From the IMG/VR virus record IMGVR_UViG_2602041658_000005, positions 15,174-79,173 of that record: a DNA stretch of 64,000 nt; one strand, 5' to 3'. Shown here piece by piece: positions 35,715 to 44,369 of the stretch. The DNA is from a virus. Taxonomy: Duplodnaviria > Caudoviricetes. Each line of letters begins with the position of its first letter. The stretch's first letter is position 1. Under the pieces are notes generated by a model. That model was not told the origin of the DNA, made no database searches, and saw only the letters and a program-made list of their open reading frames with translations. The translations under genes were made by a program, and so were the position numbers.

Positions 35715-38360
35715 TTAGAAATTTCTTACCCACGATGGTATTTTGACGGCTCTTAGGTTAATTTCAAAATACATAATCATCATTAAAGCCTCAAAGAAGT
35801 CAGGGGAGTGCTTTACAAGTCGTTTCATTTGGTCTTTCTTTATTAAACACCAACCTTTATCGAGCTTGTTAATGTCTTGTCTTATACATTTTCGTTCCAT
35901 TTGCAGAATATCTTTGAGAGGTTTCCCATCATATCCTTTTCCCGAGAATTTCCGTTCGAGCAGCGTAGGTTCGAAACTTATCTCGGCTTGTTGTATTTTT
36001 TGAGCGAACATATAAGCGCATTGACTTTTTACGTTGTCATATACGTTTCTGTATTTTGGCTGTACAGCTTCGATGTTGTTAAAAGGAATTGCATTTTTAA
36101 AGAACCCCTTAAACGTTTGCCCTAATCCGTTTAAATCGTATAAGAAGTGGTTTTCGGACACTCCCCATTCGGCTAATTTTGCTTGTACGGCTTGGCAAGT
36201 TTGCATGGAATCGAGTTGGCAAACAAAGATGTCAGCCAAGTGCCATCCGATCCAATGCCAAAGGACGCAGTTGTCGCCTCCTGTGAAAGCCACGTCGCAG
36301 GTAGCTCTATGTACGTGGTCGCCAAGCATTTGGTCATTGAGAAAACATTTTGCCAAGTGGGACATACTTATGAGGTCTTCTCCTGTTTCGATAAAATTCC
36401 AATTCCCCTCAACCTCTCTTGCTCTTGTGGCTTCGTCTTGATTGTAGAGTTTAGCTAAATAGCTTCGGTCGTTTTTTAAAAGAATCTTGTTATCAGTAAG
36501 TTCTGCCTTTATGAACGTAACGGAACTTACAAAGAAACTTTTTTTGTCATACCCCAACTTTTCTAATTCGCTATTCCATTGCCTATCAATATCGCCTTTA
36601 CATTGCATATAAACCTCTTCGGGCGTGTTGCCCCAAACGATGTTGTCAACAGAGGTGTCTCCCATGTAACAATACCTAATAACGCCATTTCTTTCGGGGA
36701 TAGGTGTACCTTTGTCGTCTATATACCAATCTATAAACACCCTTAACCATGACAAGGGGTCGGGGTTGCATGTTCCAACGAAGCGCGATTTTATTCCGCT
36801 TGAGTTTCTGTTAGAGGTTAAAAGAAACTTGAACGTTTCAAAAGGCATCTGTGGAAGCTCGTCGACGCCGATGTACGCTATCTGCTGTCCACGATATTTG
36901 TCGTCAAAGTCTTGATAAGGCATGTCGAAATATCCAAAGCCTAAGTCGGCTCCAGAATTAAAATACCATGTCATATCGTCTTTTGCCACGTTATAATGTC
37001 CGAAATTAGAATATAGCTTTTTGCTTTCACGAATAATGTTTCTAAAGTCGCCCTTGTTCTTTCTTAGAATAATCCCATTAAAATTAGGGTTATTTATATC
37101 ATACATAGCTTCCATGAGAAGCGTAAAAGTGTTGTGATTTACTGTATAGGCGTTAGACAAATAGAGATGGTCTTTACCTGAAACGGTAATACATCTACAC
37201 TTCCTTTTCTTCTTATTTTTTTTAATCCATACAATCTTTTTGGTTAGAACATCTTTGCAATAAGGACTTCTTGGTTTGCTTGCGTTTAGCTGCGACTTGT
37301 ACTTATAAGACATTTTATAGTAAATATCTCCATCGTCCGGGCAGATAAAAACAATACCTTTCCACCCATAACGTTCGGGCTTTTCGACAACATCATATAT
37401 CTTAGCCCATATGCCTAAAGAACGAGCAAGAGAGGCAACGTCTTCGATGAGCTTCTTATTAGAAAGCTCTAAATGTGGGTGTTTCTTGAAAGAGAACCCA
37501 TATTTATAGAATACGCCTCGTAGGAACTCCCAACGAGCAGAAATGCTTGCCGTCATGTACTCTTTAGGGATTCGTGCTAAGTGTCTCATGCGTTTAGAGG
37601 TTATTGCTTTGCGTGCCTGGTCTGTAATGCCTTTTAAAAGATACTTTCCTTGTCGTTTTAGAATGCGATAACCTAAACTTGTGCATTTGTTAGCTATATA
37701 CATCTCATGTTCTAAATTAACACCGGCAGTAGGGAACTCAAGATAGCCATCACTACACATATAGCCCAAAAGGAAAGGGTGTATAGGTAAATCAAGTTCA
37801 GTAATATTCTCGTTCATCTCAACCTCTCCGGGCAAAGGAATTTCAAAGAAAGTATCACCACCTTGCCTCAAAGAGTTAGGGGGCATAGAGCTTAGCTTGT
37901 AATAATTGAAAATATCTCTTGCAACATACTCTTTAAACTCTCTATCTCTACCATATCTTGCCCAAAAGCGGTGGTTGTCCATACATTGCAGACTTGTGCC
38001 ATCATCAAAATGTAAAGTGTATACATACTGCTCGCCTTGCTCAAAAATCTGTTGGACTTTCTGTATACCATCATAAGGGGTACAAATGCAATCGCCAACC
38101 TCTAAAGACCCCATAGTAACAAAGCCGTTAGGCGTGGCAATAGGGGTGAAATAGGTATTAGCTTTACCGCCGCCACGGTTACCTCCTGTTATGAGAATAT
38201 CTACGTTGCTGTGCAGATCGTCTTCTTGCGCTCCTTCTTGGGGTATAAATACGTTTTTTAAATTTTTATTCTCAATATCTTCTCTGCATTTTTTTATAAA
38301 AGAATTAGTGTAAATGCGTTTACCAGAAAGACTTGTTAATTTAGTGAAATCATTACACAT
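35715..38360 (-). CDS. terL: Terminase large subunit containing an intein
   Basis: GGNRGGGK/T Walker A, IGVDE Walker B, TCNP, nuclease motifs DVAFTGGD and SPDFFEA. Confidence 0.93.
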   Translation of the reverse strand: MCNDFTKLTSLSGKRIYTNSFIKKCREDIENKNLKNVFIPQEGAQEDDLHSNVDILITGGNRGGGKANTYFTPIATPNGFVTMGSLEVGDCICTPYDGIQKVQQIFEQGEQYVYTLHFDDGTSLQCMDNHRFWARYGRDREFKEYVARDIFNYYKLSSMPPNSLRQGGDTFFEIPLPGEVEMNENITELDLPIHPFLLGYMCSDGYLEFPTAGVNLEHEMYIANKCTSLGYRILKRQGKYLLKGITDQARKAITSKRMRHLARIPKEYMTASISARWEFLRGVFYKYGFSFKKHPHLELSNKKLIEDVASLARSLGIWAKIYDVVEKPERYGWKGIVFICPDDGDIYYKMSYKYKSQLNASKPRSPYCKDVLTKKIVWIKKNKKKRKCRCITVSGKDHLYLSNAYTVNHNTFTLLMEAMYDINNPNFNGIILRKNKGDFRNIIRESKKLYSNFGHYNVAKDDMTWYFNSGADLGFGYFDMPYQDFDDKYRGQQIAYIGVDELPQMPFETFKFLLTSNRNSSGIKSRFVGTCNPDPLSWLRVFIDWYIDDKGTPIPERNGVIRYCYMGDTSVDNIVWGNTPEEVYMQCKGDIDRQWNSELEKLGYDKKSFFVSSVTFIKAELTDNKILLKNDRSYLAKLYNQDEATRAREVEGNWNFIETGEDLISMSHLAKCFLNDQMLGDHVHRATCDVAFTGGDNCVLWHWIGWHLADIFVCQLDSMQTCQAVQAKLAEWGVSENHFLYDLNGLGQTFKGFFKNAIPFNNIEAVQPKYRNVYDNVKSQCAYMFAQKIQQAEISFEPTLLERKFSGKGYDGKPLKDILQMERKCIRQDINKLDKGWCLIKKDQMKRLVKHSPDFFEALMMIMYFEINLRAVKIPSWVRNF
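37131..38162 (-). mobile_element. 344-aa intein with a degenerate LAGLIDADG domain, inserted in the terminase P-loop
   Basis: GK|ANTYFTPIATPNG...CMDNHRFW...LLGYMCSDG...CRCITV...TVNHN|TF. Confidence 0.9.
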
Positions 38361-38385
38361 ACTAAAAACTTTATTGATTATAATG

Positions 38386-38486
38386 CAAAAATACCTATTA
38401 TTCAGGTCGTTATGCTGTTTTTTGACAAAAATGTAAAAGATTTTTGTGATTTTTTTTTTACATGAAATAAAATGCTTTTATTTTTG
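38386..38486. promoter_or_regulatory. Divergent promoters for the packaging and capsid operons
   Basis: TATTTTTG on the minus strand (38386-38393) and on the plus strand (38479-38486). Confidence 0.55.
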
Positions 38487-38513
38487 TGAAAATATTTTAC
38501 AAAAAACAGAAAA

Positions 38514-39344
38514 ATGGAGAAAGAAGCTCTTATAAATGAATTGAAAGCTAAGGTTGGAGAAGACGATTTTAGCGTGTTATCGGGTCAGACCGTGGATGCT
38601 CTTGTAACTACGTTTCTGCCATCGTTTGCGGATGACGAAAAAATTACAAATGACACTTGGAAACTGCCGGTAGAGGTATGTAAAAATTATGTTGGTCAAT
38701 ACCGCCATGATTTAGCTACCAAAGCAGCAGAGGAAAAAGCTCGTTTGGAAAGGGAGAAAGAAGAGGCTGTAAAAACTCTTGTTGAGAAAAAATTAGAGAG
38801 TTTGAAAGCCGAGTGGGAAAAGGAGCATAAAAACGTAAAAGAGGAAACCGATAACAAACCTATTCACAGCGATAAAGATGACTTTGTAGTAAAAGCTATT
38901 GAGGAGTATAACAAGAAACTTTTTGGTGAAGACGGCAAGAGTGGTCTTATCGGGGGGCAGCTAAAAGCTACTTCTGATTTTATTGCTGAATCTGTAAAGG
39001 CTACTGAGGCTGAAAAAATAAAAACCATTAAGCAGCAACTCAAAGATTATTTACAAAAAGACCGAAAGGCTTCTCGTGAGCCTGTAGTAAACCTATCGGT
39101 GGGCGACTTGGAAATTACACCAAAATCGGACATTAACGAGCTAAAAATAGAGGTAGAAAAGATCTACGAAGAGCGTTATAAAGAGTTCTATGGTGATGGT
39201 GGAAAGCCTTTTGGCGGTGATACTTTGGGTGGTGATAATGGTGATGACACAGACCTTGAGGTGAAGAAGTATTTGGAAGCGCGGAAAAAAGCCGACGAGG
39301 AGAGAACTAAGATACTGGAAGCCAGTCGCCAAACATTTGTATAA
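38514..39344 (+). CDS. Putative capsid scaffolding protein
   Basis: Acidic coiled coil upstream of the capsid genes. Confidence 0.6.
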   Translation: MEKEALINELKAKVGEDDFSVLSGQTVDALVTTFLPSFADDEKITNDTWKLPVEVCKNYVGQYRHDLATKAAEEKARLEREKEEAVKTLVEKKLESLKAEWEKEHKNVKEETDNKPIHSDKDDFVVKAIEEYNKKLFGEDGKSGLIGGQLKATSDFIAESVKATEAEKIKTIKQQLKDYLQKDRKASREPVVNLSVGDLEITPKSDINELKIEVEKIYEERYKEFYGDGGKPFGGDTLGGDNGDDTDLEVKKYLEARKKADEERTKILEASRQTFV

Positions 39345-39378
39345 TACATATTGTTAAACAAGCAAAAGAAAGAAAAAT

Positions 39379-39981
39379 ATGTCAAAAGGAACATTTAATC
39401 AATCGGTATGCTATTCAAACAAGATAGGTGGCTACCGTAAAGTCTTTGAGGGTCATGTTGCAATGCTTGTTGGTGGTTTCAATTGGGATTTGAAAGATTT
39501 ACCAGAAGCAGGTAATGTCTTACCAGCAGGTACACCGGTGTATATAGACGAGGAAGCTCGCACCATTAAGCCTCTTTGTGGTTTTAAGGTGGTAAGCAAC
39601 GAGGGAACAACTCTGACCGTAGAAAAAGGTATTTTTGGTACATGTGCTAAAGTAGGAATGACCATAGGCGGGCAGAAGGTGAAAGCTGTGGACATTTCAA
39701 AACACTTAGTAGCAGTTCTTACAATGGAAGCAGCTGTGAACAGCGTTAAGAAAGGCGATGTAGTGTATGGAACGGTGGACGGTGAGGATATTACAGGAAA
39801 GGTAAACGCTCTTACCCCTTACGACATTTGTTTAGACGGCAATGCTGTCAGCGCAGATGGCGATGGTGTATGGAAGAGTGAATATCCTGTTTTGGTAACT
39901 CGCATGCCTCCTGTTACAGACGAGGTTTTGAAAGCATTAAACAGTAATGGTTGTTTTTTCCGTTTTAGTAAGCGTCATTAA
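39379..39981 (+). CDS. Putative head decoration protein
   Basis: LPAGTPV motif; directly before the major capsid gene. Confidence 0.6.
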   Translation: MSKGTFNQSVCYSNKIGGYRKVFEGHVAMLVGGFNWDLKDLPEAGNVLPAGTPVYIDEEARTIKPLCGFKVVSNEGTTLTVEKGIFGTCAKVGMTIGGQKVKAVDISKHLVAVLTMEAAVNSVKKGDVVYGTVDGEDITGKVNALTPYDICLDGNAVSADGDGVWKSEYPVLVTRMPPVTDEVLKALNSNGCFFRFSKRH

Positions 39982-39998
39982 AAGAAAGGGTAAGTACG

Positions 39999-41141
39999 AT
40001 GAAAGAAACTAATCAATATTCTATTGGCGATTTACGTCAATATATAAGTCCGGGAAACTTCGGTATGATTTTGGATAACTCCAATGCGCGCTATAATGAC
40101 GCTATCTGGCGTAGGTTTGCTATGTGGGGTACACCAAGCGATGACAGAGAATGGGTACAAGGTCAGAAAGAAACACCAATCATGGTGCGTGCTTCTATAC
40201 TTGGTACACACTCTAACAAGCCACAAAGAAACGGTGGCGGCTGGAAGGTCTACACAGGGTCTGTGCCTAAGATAGGTCATGGCTACTCTATAGACGAGGA
40301 CGACCTATTTACAATAAGAAAGAATAAGAACATGCAGGGTATTCCTACCTCTATTCTTATGACAGACTTAGTAACAGACCGTAGTGCGGCTATGATAGGT
40401 GGTGTTCATGCCGAGCTTAACTATCTCACCCTGCAAGCTCTTTCTACGGGAGCTATACATGATGTATCGGTAGACGGTACGAGTGTGGATTATAAATTCC
40501 CTATAGAGGATAGTCATTATTTGAAGTTAGCTAAAGCTAAAGAGTGGTTTAAGAAAGCATCAGGAGGTAAGGTGGTGGATAATGAAACCGCAGACCCTAT
40601 AAGCGACATTTTGAATGCTCAAAATGTTTTAACTAACGAATTAAACCTTTCAGTAGACCATTGGAAGATAAGCAAAGAACTATTCCGCCGTCTGATTCAG
40701 CATAAGAACGTGGTAGCAAAGTGTGTGGCAAGAGCTAACTACTTTGATAAAGACAACGTTCATTTAACAGATAAAGAGGTAGCTACATTCTTACACGACA
40801 TGGGGGTATGGATGTTTGATGTAGTGGATTACAAATCTCGCCATGAGGTAGACGGTGTAAGCACTGCTGATGCACCTGCTTTTGATGAGCATAACTTAGT
40901 AGCGTTTAGTTCGCAGATTATCCCATTTGAGATGAAGTGTACTAACAGCGTTATGATAGACCGTCAGAAATTAGGTCAGATAGGTAGCAACCACAATTAC
41001 TATCTCGTAGAGGATCGTATTGCAGTGTTATCAACTACTGAAGAGCGTCCTTTCAAGAATATTGTAGACTGCGAGCTTTATGCGGCACCTGTCTTTAACA
41101 ATATTAGAGAGATTGGGTTCTTAACAGCATGGTCTGAATAA
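39999..41141 (+). CDS. Major capsid protein (lambda E-like)
   Basis: 380 aa; LQALSTG...VDY...W...ADPISDI. Confidence 0.8.
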   Translation: MKETNQYSIGDLRQYISPGNFGMILDNSNARYNDAIWRRFAMWGTPSDDREWVQGQKETPIMVRASILGTHSNKPQRNGGGWKVYTGSVPKIGHGYSIDEDDLFTIRKNKNMQGIPTSILMTDLVTDRSAAMIGGVHAELNYLTLQALSTGAIHDVSVDGTSVDYKFPIEDSHYLKLAKAKEWFKKASGGKVVDNETADPISDILNAQNVLTNELNLSVDHWKISKELFRRLIQHKNVVAKCVARANYFDKDNVHLTDKEVATFLHDMGVWMFDVVDYKSRHEVDGVSTADAPAFDEHNLVAFSSQIIPFEMKCTNSVMIDRQKLGQIGSNHNYYLVEDRIAVLSTTEERPFKNIVDCELYAAPVFNNIREIGFLTAWSE

Positions 41142-41162
41142 CTAAGAGAAAGACTATAGACT

Positions 41163-41564
41163 ATGGAATGTGGAATATATACCATATCTAAATATCTTAA
41201 GGGCAAAGTCAGGAACATAAACGTTCCTGACGAGGCTCTTCTTTCTATATTGGCAGATAATGACTTGGCTCCTGATACGGAATATACAGAAGTGTCAATA
41301 GAAAAGAAAGAACTATGCGTGGCAGATTTGTATGCTTGGGTAGCTTTATCGCCAACATCATCGAGCAGGGTGTCGGATAAAGATGCTCATTGGGAACATA
41401 GCGAGGGCGGCGAAACGATGTCGGCTTCTGTATTAAACAGCTACATGCGTATGGCTAACTCTATATATAAGCGGTATGGCAAGCCTATGGTAGGTGCAAG
41501 CAAATGGGGTATGGTAGGAAGAGGATTTCACAACATAAGAAACGGTAGAGATAGAAACCTTTAG
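41163..41564 (+). CDS. Putative head-tail adaptor
   Basis: Size and position. Confidence 0.55.
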   Translation: MECGIYTISKYLKGKVRNINVPDEALLSILADNDLAPDTEYTEVSIEKKELCVADLYAWVALSPTSSSRVSDKDAHWEHSEGGETMSASVLNSYMRMANSIYKRYGKPMVGASKWGMVGRGFHNIRNGRDRNL

Positions 41565-41579
41565 ATAGAAAGAGAAGAA

Positions 41580-41915
41580 ATGACAGACAACCCACGTTTT
41601 CCACATAAATGCAGGATAATAAGGCATAGCGACAATGGCGACCCTATGACAGATGAAGATGAAGGAATAGTGATATATGAGGGTGAATGTCGTGGGTATG
41701 ATAAGCTGACAACCTCAATAGGTGGTGATGTGATAAGCTCATATAGAGAGCTGTCGCTCCCTTTAACACAATGGGAATGGCGGAAAGATACTATTCCACA
41801 AGAGGGAGACAGAATAGAATTAGACAAAGGCAGCTATGTGGAAAAAGGCGAGGTGGTAGACCGTATGCCGGGAAATTTGGGAACTCATTTGCTTTGGAAA
41901 TATGTCAGAAATTAA
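41580..41915 (+). CDS. Putative head closure protein
   Basis: Size and position. Confidence 0.5.
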   Translation: MTDNPRFPHKCRIIRHSDNGDPMTDEDEGIVIYEGECRGYDKLTTSIGGDVISSYRELSLPLTQWEWRKDTIPQEGDRIELDKGSYVEKGEVVDRMPGNLGTHLLWKYVRN

Positions 41916-42438
41916 AGCACAAATACATAAGGCTATGGAAGAATTTCTTCTTGGCATAGAGAAGGACTTGGAGAAGAGGTGCCGCTTTATATGTGAAGAG
42001 CTGATTGATGAGGCTATAAAGAACAGAGAGGGAAGCAAGGGTAAACACGACTTCACGGGAAACTTTCTTAACAGCATCGTTGTGTGTTTGTATAAAAAAG
42101 GAAGCCCTTTAGTGGCTTATTCTGCAGCAGAAAAAGTGGGCAAAAGACCTATACAAAAGAAGATGTCTGCGGTAAGAAAGCGATATATCTTTGAGAAAGA
42201 CTATGAGGAAAGTAAAAGTCAATATAAGCCCGAGCAGTATACAGATATGGGGTATGGTAACGTTGACGCGATACGGTTTTTTCAAAGCTACCGTCCAAAA
42301 GGGAACTTTTTATTTGACATAGTAGTGGCGTACCCTGTGGAATATGCCTCTTTTATAGAAATAAAGCGAGGCACAGCAGGATATTTTAAGACAAAAGAAG
42401 AAGCAAAAAATATAGCTATAACATATTTAGGAATTTAA
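41902..42438 (+). CDS. Putative neck protein (HK97 gp10-like)
   Basis: TGNFLNSI...EYASFIE. Confidence 0.6.
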   Translation: MSEIKAQIHKAMEEFLLGIEKDLEKRCRFICEELIDEAIKNREGSKGKHDFTGNFLNSIVVCLYKKGSPLVAYSAAEKVGKRPIQKKMSAVRKRYIFEKDYEESKSQYKPEQYTDMGYGNVDAIRFFQSYRPKGNFLFDIVVAYPVEYASFIEIKRGTAGYFKTKEEAKNIAITYLGI

Positions 42439-42442
42439 CATT

Positions 42443-42856
42443 ATGGCGAAACCTATAACATACAACATATTAAACTCTTTATGTAAAGCGGTGAAGACGA
42501 CAGGTATAAAATATTTATACGTTATAAACCGTCCTGACGTGTCGCATGAGCAGACAGAGTTTGTCGTAATAGATTTGCCATCAGAGATAAAGCGTAAAAC
42601 AAAAGGAGAAGATGACTTTTTGTTAGAAACAGAAGGTATATTCTATTTAGGTGTGAAGAGCAAGGGGAATAATACACCTAATATAGAAAAACAAACAGAG
42701 TTAGCTCAAAAGCTAATGAACTTGTTCCCTATACAAGACGACTATATAGTAGCTACGCGTCCCTCACTACTATTTGAGGGTAGCGATAAAAGCAATTTTC
42801 AGATAACAACAATAGCATTTAACATCCGCACAAAAATAAATTCGTTTAATCATTAG
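42443..42856 (+). CDS. Putative tail terminator
   Basis: Size and position. Confidence 0.5.
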   Translation: MAKPITYNILNSLCKAVKTTGIKYLYVINRPDVSHEQTEFVVIDLPSEIKRKTKGEDDFLLETEGIFYLGVKSKGNNTPNIEKQTELAQKLMNLFPIQDDYIVATRPSLLFEGSDKSNFQITTIAFNIRTKINSFNH

Positions 42857-42868
42857 AAGGGAAAGAAT

Positions 42869-43456
42869 ATGGCATTTAGTAGGAAAATAGACATGCAGGG
42901 AGATGTGTTCAATGGTATATCTTCCGTATTCGCAGTAAAAGATGGTATTAAAACATCTGGTAACGCTGCAACTCTTAAAGACAGCGAGATGATAGAGTTT
43001 CCTGTATCAGAAGAGTCGGGTTTTAGTTTTGATACCGGCGCCCCAAGCGTGGATCATTTTAAGGTAAAGGGTTTGCAAGCAGACTGGGTATCAAAGTTTA
43101 AACCCGGTGATGGTGAGGTGAAGTTGGAAGTTCCATGTAACAACACCGGAATTATGGAATTTTGTGGTTTCGTGGGTAATGATACTACTCTTACTCTTCC
43201 TCAAGGCTTTTCAGTAGGAGGAAAAGGTAAGATAAAGGGTAAAACATTCGCATCGACACAGAAAGCTATTTATTTAGGTATTCTTGTTCTTAACGATAGT
43301 GAGGACAAGGTATTATACGTAAAGAAGGTGAAGTTTATGGCGCAGCTTGTTTTTGACGGCTCTAACAAACCTTTGTGTGTAACACTAACAGGTAGCGTAG
43401 CCGCTGGGGCAGATAGCGATGCTTTTGGCATCTTAGTGCCTGACGCTACTGCATAA
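42869..43456 (+). CDS. Putative major tail tube protein
   Basis: Position; followed by a stem-loop at about 43491-43525. Confidence 0.6.
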   Translation: MAFSRKIDMQGDVFNGISSVFAVKDGIKTSGNAATLKDSEMIEFPVSEESGFSFDTGAPSVDHFKVKGLQADWVSKFKPGDGEVKLEVPCNNTGIMEFCGFVGNDTTLTLPQGFSVGGKGKIKGKTFASTQKAIYLGILVLNDSEDKVLYVKKVKFMAQLVFDGSNKPLCVTLTGSVAAGADSDAFGILVPDATA

Positions 43457-43550
43457 AATAAATATTGTTTAATAAAAAAAGTAAGCCAAAGGGGCAGTGG
43501 TAGTATTGTTGCCGCTGTCCCTTTTAAAATATAAGAAAAGGAGAAGATAT

Positions 43551-44123
43551 ATGGAAGAAGAACCTATAGTAAGACAGCCGAGCGAAGAGGAACAAAGGGT
43601 ATATCAATCGGCACGAGATAATGACCCTACGATAGTACGCATACCTCAGACAAACAAAGAGTATAAGCTGCGTTGGCTAAAATATTGTCAGACGAGAAAA
43701 CTTGGAAGAGTGCTTTTGAACAAGCAGAAGAGCGATGACAAAGACAAAGAACAATCAAACCTAAGCGAGGCAGATATAGTAATAAAGGATAGCAAGATAG
43801 CTTGTAAGGCGGCTGCTATATTCTTGCTTGACGGAATGTTTAAACTAAACTTTTTTTATTGGTTTTTGTGGCGTTGGTTTTACTACATAAAAGAGTATAG
43901 CTATACGCAGTTATTACCATTACTTACAGAGGGTAAAAAAAAAGTACCTCTAATGCAGTACTTCGGAGCTACCACATCACTGATAGGGGTAAAGGATACG
44001 CTACTGCAGATGACGACAAAGGAAGTAGAACGTATCCTCCAAGAACTGGGTTCGGAGCAGCCCACACAGGAGCAAAGCACAGAGAATGGCTCGTCAAAAC
44101 AAGGTACTTCCTCTTCGGACTGA
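43551..44123 (+). CDS. Tail assembly chaperone (G-like)
   Basis: Lies between the tail tube and tape measure genes; A9 slippery site at 43935-43943. Confidence 0.7.
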   Translation: MEEEPIVRQPSEEEQRVYQSARDNDPTIVRIPQTNKEYKLRWLKYCQTRKLGRVLLNKQKSDDKDKEQSNLSEADIVIKDSKIACKAAAIFLLDGMFKLNFFYWFLWRWFYYIKEYSYTQLLPLLTEGKKKVPLMQYFGATTSLIGVKDTLLQMTTKEVERILQELGSEQPTQEQSTENGSSKQGTSSSD

Positions 44124-44365
44124 TACCGGTAAAAATGTATGAGTACTATTACGTATATACTATCGCACAAATAGAACTAATGAATATAGATGTTCCTATG
44201 ACTTGTTATAGGCACGAAAGAGGCAAAAACGACCCGCCATCGAGAAAAGAGATGGATAATGCTGTGAAAAAGTGGGAAGAGCGCAAGAAACATAGGAAAT
44301 GGAAAATGGAAGACCTATTAAAAGGAAAATTACCAAAGGAAGAAAAACAATTAAAAAAAGAGTAA
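43943..44365 (+). CDS. -1 frame extension of the tail assembly chaperone (GT-like)
   Basis: The -1 frame is open from the slippery site into the 44135-44365 ORF. Confidence 0.7.
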   Translation, partial: STSNAVLRSYHITDRGKGYATADDDKGSRTYPPRTGFGAAHTGAKHREWLVKTRYFLFGLIPVKMYEYYYVYTIAQIELMNIDVPMTCYRHERGKNDPPSRKEMDNAVKKWEERKKHRKWKMEDLLKGKLPKEEKQLKKE

Positions 44366-44369
44366 AGCT

